Assembly (NCBI GenBank): GCA_963727485.1
Contig: CAVSGM010000002.1
Coordinates: 1,760,001-1,824,000 of the forward strand
Direction of reading: 5' to 3'
From: an uncultured delta proteobacterium
Lineage (GTDB): Bacteria; Myxococcota; Myxococcia; SLRQ01
Length of the DNA: 64,000 nucleotides
This document shows, in pieces, positions 19,326 through 29,115 of this stretch (the stretch's first letter is position 1; the number at the start of each line of letters is the position of its first letter). The notes under the pieces are model-generated. The model made no database searches. It saw nothing but the letters and a program-made list of their open reading frames with translations, and was not told the origin of the DNA. The translations under genes and the position numbers were made by a program.

Positions 19326-19790
19326 ATGAATCGCTTCGCCCAGCTCTTCGGGCTCGTCTTCGCCCTCATCGGTGCCGCCGCCGGCGTCCAGGGGACCCAC
19401 GCCCTGGTGCAGTCGCGCCGGGCCCGGTCCTGGCCGGCGGTGCGGGGGCACGTCACCTCGGCGCGCTTCCAGGACACCGCCGATTCGCACACCGCCACGC
19501 GCATCTACCACTACGCCTACGAGGTGGGGGGTCGGGCGTACTCCGGCGACCGCGAGCACTTCGGGGCCCGGATCGCCGCCAGCCGTGCGGTGCTGCGCTA
19601 CCGCGCGGGCGACTGGGTGAACGTCTTCTACGATCCCGCCGACCCGGCACACGCGGTCCTCCGACCCCGGTACCTGAAGCCGGCCCACCTCGAGCTCTTC
19701 GCGGCCGTGGCCTTCCTGGCCTTCGGGATCGGCGTCATCTGGGTGACCGGGCGGAAGGCCCGGGCGGCGGCCGAGGTTTCCCCGGGGTGA
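19326..19790 (+). CDS. DUF3592-like membrane protein
   Basis: TM, SWPAVRGHVTSA, YAYEVGGRAYSG, VNVFYDPADPAHAVL, TM. Confidence 0.8.
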   Translation: MNRFAQLFGLVFALIGAAAGVQGTHALVQSRRARSWPAVRGHVTSARFQDTADSHTATRIYHYAYEVGGRAYSGDREHFGARIAASRAVLRYRAGDWVNVFYDPADPAHAVLRPRYLKPAHLELFAAVAFLAFGIGVIWVTGRKARAAAEVSPG

Positions 19791-20503
19791 GCAAGGGACC
19801 CAAGAAGGCGGCCGTGCCCAACACCCCCTTCGCCCAGGCGTTGGCGCGGCTGAAGGCCGAGGCGAAGGCCCAGGAGGCCGACGACACCCGGAGGGCCGCC
19901 GAGGCCAGGCAGGCGGCGGAGGCGAAGCGGGCGGCGGAGGCGGCGCGGCGGGCCGAGGCCGGGGACGCCGACGACGACGCGGCCCTCTTCCTCGCGGCGG
20001 TGGGCGAGGTGGCGCCGGTGCCCCGGGCGAAGGCCGAGCGCCAGGCCAAGGAGCTCCGGCGCGACGCCCGGATCGTCGAGGACGAGGACGCCGAGGTCCT
20101 GGCGGTGCTCTCGGATCTCGTCGCCGGCGACGGCACCCTCGACGTCGCCGACACCGACGAGTACATCGAGGGCCTCGCCCCCGGGGTCGACCGGCGGATC
20201 CTCGGGCGCCTGCGCCGGGGGGAGTTCTCGGTGCAGGCCCACCTCGACCTCCACGGGATGCTCCAGGACCCGGCGCGCCACGCGGTGCGCCGCTTCCTCG
20301 TCGACGCCCGCGCCCGGGGCCTGCGCTGCGTGCTGGTGATCCACGGCCGGGGCAAGAACTCCCGGGACAAGGAGCCGGTGCTCAAGAAGGCCCTGGTCCG
20401 GTGGCTCTCCCGGGGCGGCCTGGGCAAGCAGATCCTCGCGTTCTGCACCGCCCGGCCCACCGACGGCGGCGCCGGGGCGGTCTACGTGCTGCTGCGGCGA
20501 TGA
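19787..20503 (+). CDS. Smr/MutS2 C-terminal domain protein (SmrA/B-like)
   Basis: RLRRGEFSVQAHLDLHGM, CVLVIHGRGKNS, DGGAGAVYVLLR; GTGA overlap. Confidence 0.9.
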   Translation: MSKGPKKAAVPNTPFAQALARLKAEAKAQEADDTRRAAEARQAAEAKRAAEAARRAEAGDADDDAALFLAAVGEVAPVPRAKAERQAKELRRDARIVEDEDAEVLAVLSDLVAGDGTLDVADTDEYIEGLAPGVDRRILGRLRRGEFSVQAHLDLHGMLQDPARHAVRRFLVDARARGLRCVLVIHGRGKNSRDKEPVLKKALVRWLSRGGLGKQILAFCTARPTDGGAGAVYVLLRR

Positions 20504-21081
20504 GGCTCGCCGACGCGACACTCCTGGTCCTCGCCGGCGGGGCGGGGCGGCGCCTCGGGCGCGGGGACAAGTGCCTCACGCCGGTGGCCGGGCGGCCGAT
20601 GATCGCCTGGGTCCTGGACCTGGCACCGCGCTTCGCCGCGACGTACCTGGTGGCTCCGCCCACCGCGGCGCGCGAGGCCCTGGGGGTGCCGCTTCTCGCC
20701 GACCGGGGGCCCGGGGGCGGCGCCCCGGCGGCGCTGGCCACGGGCCTGGAGGCGGTGGAGACCGGGTGGGCGGTGGCCCTCTCCTGCGACCTGCCCCTGG
20801 TGGACCTGGCGGTCGTCGAGGCGCTGGCCGCCGCCGCTGGCGACGCGGTGGACGCGGTGGTCCCCGAGGCCGGGGGCTTCGTGCATCCCCTCCACGCGGT
20901 CTACCGGGCGTCGGTGGCGGGCGTGGCGCGGCGGGTCGCCACCGACGGCGGGCGGCTGCGAGACGTCCTGGACCGGGTGCGCACCCGCCGCCTGGCCCTC
21001 GCGGACGCCGCCTCGGTGACCAACGTGAACACCCCCGCCGAGCTCGCCGCCGCCGAGGCCCTGCTGCGCCAGCGGCGCTGA
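20500..21081 (+). CDS. mobA: Molybdenum cofactor guanylyltransferase
   Basis: LAGGAGRRLGRGDK, SCDLPLV, HPLHAVY, NVNTPAEL. Confidence 0.85.
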   Translation: MRLADATLLVLAGGAGRRLGRGDKCLTPVAGRPMIAWVLDLAPRFAATYLVAPPTAAREALGVPLLADRGPGGGAPAALATGLEAVETGWAVALSCDLPLVDLAVVEALAAAAGDAVDAVVPEAGGFVHPLHAVYRASVAGVARRVATDGGRLRDVLDRVRTRRLALADAASVTNVNTPAELAAAEALLRQRR

Positions 21082-21143
21082 AGGCGCCGGCGCCTTCCGG
21101 GGTATGCTGTGGCGAGCGCCGGCCCCCGCCGGCCGGGGATCCC

Positions 21144-22433
21144 ATGGACTCGAGCCTCCAAGCCGCGCTGCGCGAGCGCGAGATGTCGGTCGAGCACGAG
21201 ATCAACCTGGTGCGCGCGGGCCTCCTCGCCATCGGCTACGCGATCAACATGATCGCCGCCGGGACCCGGGATCTGCTCCACGGCTCCTATCTTGGGTTCC
21301 TCGCGGTGGAGCTGGTGTTCCTGGTGGTCTACCTGATCGCCATCCACCGCCTCACCGCCGGGCCGCGCTACCGCCCCTGGGTCAAGTACGTGACCATCCT
21401 GGTCGACCTCGGCGTGCTGCTCTCGTTCTACCTGGAGATGATCCGCCCGGAGTTCGCCGGGAGGGCGAACCTGCCCTTCTTCCGGGGGACCTCGGTGGCC
21501 ATCGCGTCGATCCTGGTGATCGTCACCGCCGTGCGTCAGAGCCAGGCGGCCATCGCCTACACCACGATCCTGGGCACGGCGCTGGCGACCTACCTCGCCT
21601 GGCAGCCCGGGGAGGCGCGCGAGGCCCACTACTGGTGGCCGGCCCTGGTGGCCCTCTCCGGGGGGATCACCTGGTGGGTGTCGGTGAACCTGCGCTCCCT
21701 GGTGGTGACCCTCTGGCGTCGCCAGCGGCTCACCCGCTTCCTCCCCAAGGAGCTGGTGCAGCTCCTCGAGCATGACGACGTGGGGCTCCAGCTCGGCGGC
21801 CAGGGCGTCGAGGCGACCATCCTCATGGCGGACATCCGCGGCTTCACCCGCCTTTCGGAGCGCAAGCCCGCCGGCGAGATTGTCGAGCTGCTCAACGAGT
21901 ACTTCACCGCGATGTCGACGGTGATCCTCCGGCACGGCGGGATGATCGACAAGTACATCGGCGACGCGATCATGGCGGTGTTCGGGGCGCCGTTCCCCCG
22001 GCCCGACGATCCGCTCCGGGCCATCCGGGCCGCCCAGGAGATGCTCGAGACCCTCGAGGCCTTGAACGCCCGGTGGGCCGCCGAGGACCGCGAGCCCCTG
22101 GAGGTGGGCATCGCCCTGCACACCGGGGAGGTCATCGCCGGGAACATCGGCTCGACCCAGCGCATGGACTACACGGTGATCGGCGACACGGTGAACCTCA
22201 CCTCGCGCCTCGAGGGACTCAACAAGCGCTACGGCACCGCCCTCATCCTCAGCGAGCGGACCTGCGAGGCGGCCAGGCTCGGGGCGGCGGCGACGCTCCT
22301 CGACGAGACGAAGGTGCGGGGGCGCGCGGCGCCGATCCGGGTCTACACCCTGCGGCGGGGGGCGGGCGCGGAGGCGGAGGAGGCGGCGCCGGAGGGCGAC
22401 GCGACGCCCCGGGACGCCGAGGGAGCCGGCTGA
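21144..22433 (+). CDS. Membrane-bound class III adenylate cyclase (~6 TM)
   Basis: ILMADIRGFT, IDKYIGDAIMAVFG, DYTVIGDTVNLTSRLEG; TATGCT -10-like box at 21103-21108. Confidence 0.9.
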   Translation: MDSSLQAALREREMSVEHEINLVRAGLLAIGYAINMIAAGTRDLLHGSYLGFLAVELVFLVVYLIAIHRLTAGPRYRPWVKYVTILVDLGVLLSFYLEMIRPEFAGRANLPFFRGTSVAIASILVIVTAVRQSQAAIAYTTILGTALATYLAWQPGEAREAHYWWPALVALSGGITWWVSVNLRSLVVTLWRRQRLTRFLPKELVQLLEHDDVGLQLGGQGVEATILMADIRGFTRLSERKPAGEIVELLNEYFTAMSTVILRHGGMIDKYIGDAIMAVFGAPFPRPDDPLRAIRAAQEMLETLEALNARWAAEDREPLEVGIALHTGEVIAGNIGSTQRMDYTVIGDTVNLTSRLEGLNKRYGTALILSERTCEAARLGAAATLLDETKVRGRAAPIRVYTLRRGAGAEAEEAAPEGDATPRDAEGAG

Positions 22434-22536
22434 GGCGGCGTCCCCCCTGGACGGGAGGGCTCTCGCCGTCGGCCTCGCCCCGGGGGTCGACCCTGGGGTG
22501 ATATGCTCCCCCGCTGGTTCCTCACCGGAGTGCCCC

Positions 22537-24027
22537 ATGGAAGCGCCCACCGCCCGCCGCCCCCGCCCCTGGCGCCTCGCCACCCTCACCGCCCTCGCGG
22601 TCCTGGGCGCGGGCTGCGCGCCGGCGTCGAAGACCCCGCCGCCCGCGTCGCCCACGCCCGGCCTCACCCTGAGCGTCGCCCCGGACGCGCCCGAGCTCGA
22701 CGGGGTCGGATTCGAAGGTGCCCCTGGTGGTGCAGCTGGCCCCGACCCACGGCTTCCAGGGCACCGTCGCCCTGAGCCTCCGCGACGCCGACGGCAAGGC
22801 CTACGCCGGGCTGTCCCTGAGCCCGACGAGCGCCGGGGTGAAGGGGACCGAGCCCAACCTGGTCCAGGCCACCCTCACCCAGACCGGGCCGCTCGCCGTG
22901 GGGCCCAAGCCCGTCCGCCTCCAGGCGCGGGGCCCCACGGCGACCGCGTCGGCGCCGCTGGCCCTGGACGTGGTGGCGCCGCCGCCGCCGCCGGGCGCCG
23001 ACGCCGACTTCGCCTTCTCCGCGCCCACCTACCTCCAAGGGGACGTGGGCGGAACGATCCAGCTGGTCTACTCGGTGACGCCCCTCCGCGGGTTCCAGGG
23101 CAACGTCGCGATCACGGTGAGCGCGCCGAGGTCCTCCTCGGCCAGGGCGACGGCACCTTCGTCCCGGCGCCCCAGGCCTTCACCCTCCCCGAGACCCCGG
23201 CGGCCCTGGCCCTCGCCGACGTCGACGGCGACGGCCACCTCGACCTGGTCGTCGCCCTCGGCGCGGCCCAGGTGGTCCGGGTCTTCGCCGGCACCGGCAG
23301 CGCCGCCTTCGCCCCCACCGCCCACGACACCGCGCTCCACGGGCGCCCCACGGCGCTCTCGCTCGCCGACTTCGACAGCGACGGGCACCTGGATCTGGCC
23401 GTCGCCGAGACCGGGCCGAACCAGCACGAGCTGGGCTTCGGCGCGGGGGGCGCCCTGGGCTTCACCCTGGCGTCGAAGCCGGTGCGAGACTCGGACTACC
23501 CCGAGCTCGCCATCGCCGCCTTCGCCAACGGGACCCGGGGGGGGCATGTCGACGCCCTCCTCCAGCGATCGGCGACGACCTACGCCCTGTCCGAGGACGG
23601 GATCCAGGTGAACCGCGACGTCTCGTATGGCGGTACCGGGCTCCCGGCGCCGGGCGCGCCCGCATCCTGCTCGGTGCTCGAGGTCTCGGGGGGGCCGTTG
23701 CGGCTGGTGGCCCTGCCCGGCGAGGGGCGCCTCGATCGCTGGAACGGCGCAAACTACCCGACGTCCCTGCGCCTGGGCCCGAGCCCGGTGCGCGTGGCGG
23801 GGGCCGACCTCGACGGCGACGGGGTCGTGGACCTGGTGGGGGCCGACGCCGACGGCTCGCTGCAGGTCCGCCTCGGCGCCGGTGGGGCCCAGTGGTTGCC
23901 GGCGGTGGGGAGCCCGGGGACCACGACGCCGGTGGCCGTGGTCACCGGCGACGTCGGGGGCGACCCCCGGCCCGACGTCGTCCTGGTGGACGCCGACGGG
24001 ACGGTGCGGGCCATGATCACCCAGTAG
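22537..24027 (+). CDS. Lipoprotein with Ig-like segments and FG-GAP repeats (frameshifts ~22703 and ~23127)
   Basis: Lipobox LGAGC; GFQGTVAL and GFQGNVAI repeats in the 22718 frame; ADVDGDGHLDL, ADFDSDGHLDL, ADLDGDGVVDL. Confidence 0.75.
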   Translation: MEAPTARRPRPWRLATLTALAVLGAGCAPASKTPPPASPTPGLTLSVAPDAPELDGVGFEGAPGGAAGPDPRLPGHRRPEPPRRRRQGLRRAVPEPDERRGEGDRAQPGPGHPHPDRAARRGAQARPPPGAGPHGDRVGAAGPGRGGAAAAAGRRRRLRLLRAHLPPRGRGRNDPAGLLGDAPPRVPGQRRDHGERAEVLLGQGDGTFVPAPQAFTLPETPAALALADVDGDGHLDLVVALGAAQVVRVFAGTGSAAFAPTAHDTALHGRPTALSLADFDSDGHLDLAVAETGPNQHELGFGAGGALGFTLASKPVRDSDYPELAIAAFANGTRGGHVDALLQRSATTYALSEDGIQVNRDVSYGGTGLPAPGAPASCSVLEVSGGPLRLVALPGEGRLDRWNGANYPTSLRLGPSPVRVAGADLDGDGVVDLVGADADGSLQVRLGAGGAQWLPAVGSPGTTTPVAVVTGDVGGDPRPDVVLVDADGTVRAMITQ

Positions 24028-24051
24028 CCCGGGTCCGGGCCCGCCCGCCGC

Positions 24052-25362
24052 TCAGGCCACCGCCTCGCTCGCCGCCCGCTCCAGCCGGTACCAGTTGGCC
24101 CGGGCGCCGAGGCGCGCCAGCACGCTCATCAGGCCGAAGCGGATGCGCAGGAGGAAGAGCATCTCCCGGGGCAGGGCGAGGCGCAGCATCTCCTGCTTGC
24201 CCCTCGCCATCTCGCCCAGGGTCTTGGCGGCGCCGAGGTCCACCGCCTGCACCCGGTCCTCGAGCATGGGGCCGAGGAACGCCCGGAACAGGCGCCGCGC
24301 CGTCTGAAGCTCCTGCCGGCGCCGGCGGGGGAGCATGCCCAACCGATCGCAGGCGCGCTCCAGGGCCGCGCGGTCGTCGTCCTGCACCGCCCGGGTCAGC
24401 GCCGCGAGCGCCGGCACGAAGTCGCCCTCGAAGGCCCGGGTGCAGCCGTAGTCGAGCATGGCCAGGCGCGGGCCCGGCTGCACCACGTAGTTGCCCGGGT
24501 GGGGGTCGCAGTTGTAGAGCCCGTGGCGGAAGAGGGTGCCCACGTAGAACTCGAAGAGGGCGACGCCGAGGCGGTCGCGGTCGGCCCGGGGCGGATCCGT
24601 GTCCACGTAGCGCTCGAAGCCCTGGCCCTCGGCGAACGTCGTGGTCAGCACCCGGTGGCCCGAGAAGGCGTCGTGGACCGCGGGGACGGTGATCCTCGCG
24701 TCGCCGGCGAAGAGGGCGACGAAGCGCCGCTGCATCGCCGCCTCGTGGCGGTAGTCGCACTCCTCGAGGAGGCGGTCCCGCGCCTCGGCGATCATCCCCT
24801 CGACGCCGGCGCCGCGGTAGAGGAGCGTCGCCACCTTGGTGCCCACCGCCGCCGGGCGGAAGTCGGTGCGGACGGCCTGCTCGATGCCCGGGTAGCGCAC
24901 CTTCACCGCCACCGGCGTGCCGTCGGGGAGCGTCGCCCGGTGGACCTGGCCGATGGACGCCGCCGCCACCGGCTCGGGCGAGAGGGTGGCGAGGAGCGCG
25001 TCCGCCCGGTCGCCGAGGTCCTCGGTGACGATGCGCCTCACCTCGTCGGTGGGCATCGGCGGCGACCAGGTCTGGAGCAGCGCCAGCGCCTCGCGCACCT
25101 CCTCGGGGAGCGAGACGTCGATGTAGCTCATCAGCTGGCCGGCCTTCATGGCCACGCCCTTGAGCTCACCGACGCCCGTGAGGAGCCTGGCGAGGGCCTT
25201 GGGGTCGAGGTCGTCGCCGCGCAGGGAGAGGGCGCCGCGCAGGGCGGTCCCGGCGGTGCGGCGCAGGCGCGCGAAGGCGCCGGTGGGCACTTCGCCGGTG
25301 CCGGAGAGGAGCCGGGCCAGGAGCTCGGCGCGCCGGTCGTCCGCGTGCCCGTCGTCGGCCAT
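24052..25362 (-). CDS. ABC1/UbiB (AarF) atypical kinase family protein
   Basis: LKGVAMKAGQ, AAASIGQVHRA, VAVKVRYPG, EECDY, NCDPHPGNY, LDYGC. Confidence 0.92.
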   Translation of the reverse strand: MADDGHADDRRAELLARLLSGTGEVPTGAFARLRRTAGTALRGALSLRGDDLDPKALARLLTGVGELKGVAMKAGQLMSYIDVSLPEEVREALALLQTWSPPMPTDEVRRIVTEDLGDRADALLATLSPEPVAAASIGQVHRATLPDGTPVAVKVRYPGIEQAVRTDFRPAAVGTKVATLLYRGAGVEGMIAEARDRLLEECDYRHEAAMQRRFVALFAGDARITVPAVHDAFSGHRVLTTTFAEGQGFERYVDTDPPRADRDRLGVALFEFYVGTLFRHGLYNCDPHPGNYVVQPGPRLAMLDYGCTRAFEGDFVPALAALTRAVQDDDRAALERACDRLGMLPRRRRQELQTARRLFRAFLGPMLEDRVQAVDLGAAKTLGEMARGKQEMLRLALPREMLFLLRIRFGLMSVLARLGARANWYRLERAASEAVA

Positions 25363-25373
25363 GGGCGCCAACG

Positions 25374-26897
25374 CTAGCCCTCGCGTGCCTCCGCCGCCAG
25401 CTCGGCCTCGACCGCGAGGCTCTCCCCGTCGCGGAAGATCGTCGCCACCGCCAGGAGCCTCTCGCCCTGGTAGAAGCGCGCCGCGTAGTCCATCGCCGCC
25501 GGGTCGCCCTGCTCGTCCACCCGGTCCCACCTCGGCGCGTGGCCCACGTAGGCGATCACCGCGTCGTAGTGCTGGCTCCAGAAGAAGGGCGGATCGGTGA
25601 ACGGCTCGGCGGCGCCGAGGAGGTTCCGGGCGGCGAGCTGGCCCTGGCGCTGGGCGACGACGAAGTGCTCGACGCGTACCCGCTCGCCGGTGCGCGGGTC
25701 CGGGTAGCGGCAGACGTCGCCGGCGGCGTAGATCCCCGGGACCTTCGTCTGGAGGTGGGCGTCGACCAGGATCCCGTCGTCGACCTCGAGGCCCGCGGTC
25801 TCGGCGAGGACCGTCCGCGGGGTGACCCCGAGGCCCACCACCACCAGGTCGGCGGCGAGGCGGGTGCCGTCGTCGAGGACCACCGCCTCGGGGTCGATCC
25901 GGTGCACCGTGCGCCCGAGGTGGAAGGTGACCCCGTGGGCCTCGTGGAGCCCGCGCACGAAGGCGCCGAGGCGCTCGCCCATCACCGGCGCCAGGGGGAC
26001 CGACGCCCGGTCGACCACCTCCACCGACAGGCCCCGGCGCCGCAGGGAGGCCGCGACCTCGAGGCCGATGAAGCCGGCGCCCACCACCACCGCGCGCCGG
26101 GCCCCGGCCTCCACCGCCGCCACCAACGCCGCGGCGTCGCCGAGATCCCGGAGGGTGTGGACGTGGGGGTGGTCGGCGCCGGGGACCGCGAGGCGCCTGG
26201 GGGCCGCCCCGGTGGCCAGGAGCAGGCCCCCGTAGCCGAGGGTGCTGCCGTCGGTGAGGCGCAGGCGCGAGGCGCGGGCCTCCACCGCGGCGACCCCGGT
26301 CTCCAGCCGCACGTCGATCCCGTGGTCCCGGTACCAGGTGGCGTCGCGCAGGGGGAGCCACGCCACCGGCACGGTCCCCGCGAGGAAGTCCTTGGAGAGG
26401 TTCGGGCAATCCACCGGCAGGGCCGGGTCCGCCGAGATCATCGTCACCGGCCCGGTGTAGCCCTCCCGGCGCAAGGTCTCCGCCGCCGCCTCCCCGGCGG
26501 GGCCGCCGCCGACGAGGACCACCGACGCCGGCTCCTTCGCCGGCCGGGGCGTCGGGCGGGAGACCGGGCGGCGCTCGGTGACCCGGACCCGGTCGCCCTC
26601 CCGGACCACCGCCCAGCACCCCAGGTCGTCCCGGGCCGGGGCCCCCACGGCGGCCCCGGTGGCCAGCTCGAAGCAGGCGTGGTGCCAGGGGCAGTGCACC
26701 CGCGTCCCGGCGAGGCGGCCCTCGGCGAGCGGCCCGTGGTAGTGGGTGCACAGGGCGTCGACGGCGTAGAAGGTGTCCCCCTGCCGCGCCAGGAGCACCG
26801 GGTCGTCGCCCACGTGCCCGGCGCGCATCGTCCCCTCCGGGATCTGTGCGACGCGTATGCCGCGCGCGAGATCCGGCCCCCGGTCTTCCGTTGCCAT
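25374..26897 (-). CDS. Rieske [2Fe-2S] / FAD-dependent pyridine nucleotide oxidoreductase fusion (AIFM3-like)
   Basis: CTHYHG...CPWHHACF; VGGGPAG, LATGAAP, GAGFIGLE, IYAAGD, PFFWSQHYD. Confidence 0.92.
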   Translation of the reverse strand: MATEDRGPDLARGIRVAQIPEGTMRAGHVGDDPVLLARQGDTFYAVDALCTHYHGPLAEGRLAGTRVHCPWHHACFELATGAAVGAPARDDLGCWAVVREGDRVRVTERRPVSRPTPRPAKEPASVVLVGGGPAGEAAAETLRREGYTGPVTMISADPALPVDCPNLSKDFLAGTVPVAWLPLRDATWYRDHGIDVRLETGVAAVEARASRLRLTDGSTLGYGGLLLATGAAPRRLAVPGADHPHVHTLRDLGDAAALVAAVEAGARRAVVVGAGFIGLEVAASLRRRGLSVEVVDRASVPLAPVMGERLGAFVRGLHEAHGVTFHLGRTVHRIDPEAVVLDDGTRLAADLVVVGLGVTPRTVLAETAGLEVDDGILVDAHLQTKVPGIYAAGDVCRYPDPRTGERVRVEHFVVAQRQGQLAARNLLGAAEPFTDPPFFWSQHYDAVIAYVGHAPRWDRVDEQGDPAAMDYAARFYQGERLLAVATIFRDGESLAVEAELAAEAREG

Positions 26898-27024
26898 CTG
26901 GAGAGCCCCCGTGCCCCCGTGCGATCCACCATAGGCATCCCCGGCCCGCCGAGGCCATCCGGGATCACCCGGGGGCGCTGCTTGACACCCGGCGCCAGCC
27001 GTGGCGTCGTCGACCCCGAAGGGG

Positions 27025-27594
27025 GTGATCGCGACCGTCCTCATCGACTTCCAGAGCGTGCTGCCCATCGGGATCCTGGTGGCGCTGGCCGCCCACCGGC
27101 AGCTCACCACCGAGTCGGTGCCTCCGCTCTCGCGCTACGTGCGCCTGGGCGCGCTCCTCGGCGTGGGCTACGGCCTGATGACCTTCTGGTGGTGCTGGTA
27201 CTACCCGGACTGGATGTGGGGCTACGCCATCGACGCGGCGCGGTTCTCCTTCTGGCTCTGGTACCCGGCGTTCGTGGTGGGCCTGGGAGTCACCGGCGCC
27301 GCCGGGGCGATGCTCGGGCAGGTGCTCATCGGCCGGGGGATGACCTGGGCGGCGCTGGTGCTGGCGGGGCTCTCGCTTGCGGGCCTGGGCATCGGCTTTT
27401 TCATGACCCTGCCCGAGTACCAGCACCTCGCGACCTACGCGGTGTGGCACACAGGCCGCGCCCGGGCGGTGCTCACCCAGGACGACCCCCGGTGGGTGAA
27501 GGGCGTGGCGATCTTCGGCACCGCCTACGCGGTGCTGGCCCTGGGCTCGGTGGCCCGGGTGTTTTTCGAGGGCCGGAGGCTCCCGGCCCTGTGA
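27025..27594 (+). CDS. Membrane protein of unknown function (~5 TM)
   Basis: Hydrophobic helices; YYPDWMWGY; GTGA-coupled to the ALDH gene; start uncertain. Confidence 0.7.
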   Translation: MIATVLIDFQSVLPIGILVALAAHRQLTTESVPPLSRYVRLGALLGVGYGLMTFWWCWYYPDWMWGYAIDAARFSFWLWYPAFVVGLGVTGAAGAMLGQVLIGRGMTWAALVLAGLSLAGLGIGFFMTLPEYQHLATYAVWHTGRARAVLTQDDPRWVKGVAIFGTAYAVLALGSVARVFFEGRRLPAL

Positions 27595-29111
27595 CCGAGG
27601 CGCTGCTCGAGAGCGTGTCGCCCCGGGACGGGACGCGCCACGGCGAGGTCCCGGCGACGCCGCCCGGCGCGGTGCCCGCGGCGGTGGCGAGGTGCCGGAC
27701 GGCCCAGCAGGCGTGGGCGGCGCGGCCCCTGAAGCAGCGGGTCGAGGTGCTCCGCGCCTGCCGCGAGGCCTTCCTCGCCCAGGCCGAGGCGCTGGTGAAG
27801 GTGCTCACCGAGGAGACCGGCCGCCCCGAGGGCGAGAGCTGGCTCTCGGAGGTGGTCCCCGACGGCGACCTCTTCAGCTTCTGGCTCGCCCGCGGCCCCG
27901 GGTACCTCAAGCGCGAGCGGGTGAAGCTCGGTCCCCTCAACTTCCCCGGCAAGACCGCGTTCATCGAGAAGGTGCCGCGCGGGGTCCTCGGCCTCGTCAC
28001 CCCCTGGAACCTCCCGGTGGCCATCCCCCTGAGGACGATCGTCCCGGCGCTGCTGGCGGGCAACGGGGTGGTGTGGAAGCCCAGCGAGCACACCCCGCGC
28101 ACCGCCCAGGTGCTGGCGAAGATCCTCGCCGAGCACCTCCCCGAGCACCTCCTCACGGTGGTCCAGGGCACAGGCGAGGTCGGCGACGCCGTGGTCCGCT
28201 CTGGGGTCGACCAGGTGGTGTTCACCGGCTCGGTGAAGACCGGGCGGAAGGTCGCCGCCGCCGCCGCCGAGAGGCTCATCCCCGCGAGCCTCGAGCTCGG
28301 GGGCAAGGACGCGGCGCTGGTCCTCGCCGACGCCGACCTCGATCGCGCCGCCGAGGGCGTCGTCTGGGGCGCCATGTTCAACGCCGGGCAGAACTGCGCC
28401 GCCATCGAGCGGGTCTACGTGGAAAAGCCCGTCGCCGAGGTGTTCCGCCAGAAGGTCCGCGAGCGGGCCATGGCCCTGCGCCTCGGCGAGGACGTGGGGC
28501 CGCTGACCACCGGCTTCCAGCTCGACACCGTGGTCCGCCAGGTGGAGGCGGCGAAGGCCGCCGGCGCCCGGGTCGAGTGCGGCGGCGAGCGCGCCGAGGG
28601 GCCCGGTCGCTTCTACGAGCCCACGGTCCTCACCGGCGTGCCGGCCGGCAGCCCGGTGCTCACCGAGGAGACCTTCGGGCCGGTGCTGCCCCTCGTCGAG
28701 GTCGAAGGCGCCGAGGCGGGCCTGGCGGCGATGAACGACTCCGAGTTCGGCCTCACCGCCAGCATCTGGACGCGCGACGTGTGGAAGGGCTTCGCCCTGG
28801 CCCGCCGGGTGGAGGCGGGGGTGGTCACGGTGAACGACCATGGGTTCACCGGCGGCGTGCCGGCGCTCCCCTGGACCGGGACCAAGTCGTCGGGCTTCGG
28901 GGTCACCAACAGCCACTTCGCCCTGGAGTCCATGGTCCGCCCGCGCACGGTGCTCCTCGATCGGAGCCGGGCCCGGCGCGAGCTGTGGTGGTACCCCTAC
29001 AACCCGGTGCTCCTGCGCATCGCCCGGGCCCTGGTGGACCTGGCGCGGGGGAAGCTCGGGGCCCTGGGGCGGCTGGTCTCGAGCCTGCCGAAGCGGTTCA
29101 AGGGGAGCTGA
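27591..29111 (+). CDS. NAD(P)-dependent aldehyde dehydrogenase
   Basis: TPWNLP, KPSEHTP, FTGSVKTG, LELGGKD, FNAGQNCAA, EETFGP. Confidence 0.93.
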   Translation: MTEALLESVSPRDGTRHGEVPATPPGAVPAAVARCRTAQQAWAARPLKQRVEVLRACREAFLAQAEALVKVLTEETGRPEGESWLSEVVPDGDLFSFWLARGPGYLKRERVKLGPLNFPGKTAFIEKVPRGVLGLVTPWNLPVAIPLRTIVPALLAGNGVVWKPSEHTPRTAQVLAKILAEHLPEHLLTVVQGTGEVGDAVVRSGVDQVVFTGSVKTGRKVAAAAAERLIPASLELGGKDAALVLADADLDRAAEGVVWGAMFNAGQNCAAIERVYVEKPVAEVFRQKVRERAMALRLGEDVGPLTTGFQLDTVVRQVEAAKAAGARVECGGERAEGPGRFYEPTVLTGVPAGSPVLTEETFGPVLPLVEVEGAEAGLAAMNDSEFGLTASIWTRDVWKGFALARRVEAGVVTVNDHGFTGGVPALPWTGTKSSGFGVTNSHFALESMVRPRTVLLDRSRARRELWWYPYNPVLLRIARALVDLARGKLGALGRLVSSLPKRFKGS

Positions 29112-29115
29112 CGCC

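Noticed and set aside
26982..27010. Perfect TTGACA -35 hexamer upstream of the membrane protein/ALDH run
   Set aside because: No credible -10 hexamer at 16-18 nt spacing; not supportable as a promoter from sequence alone
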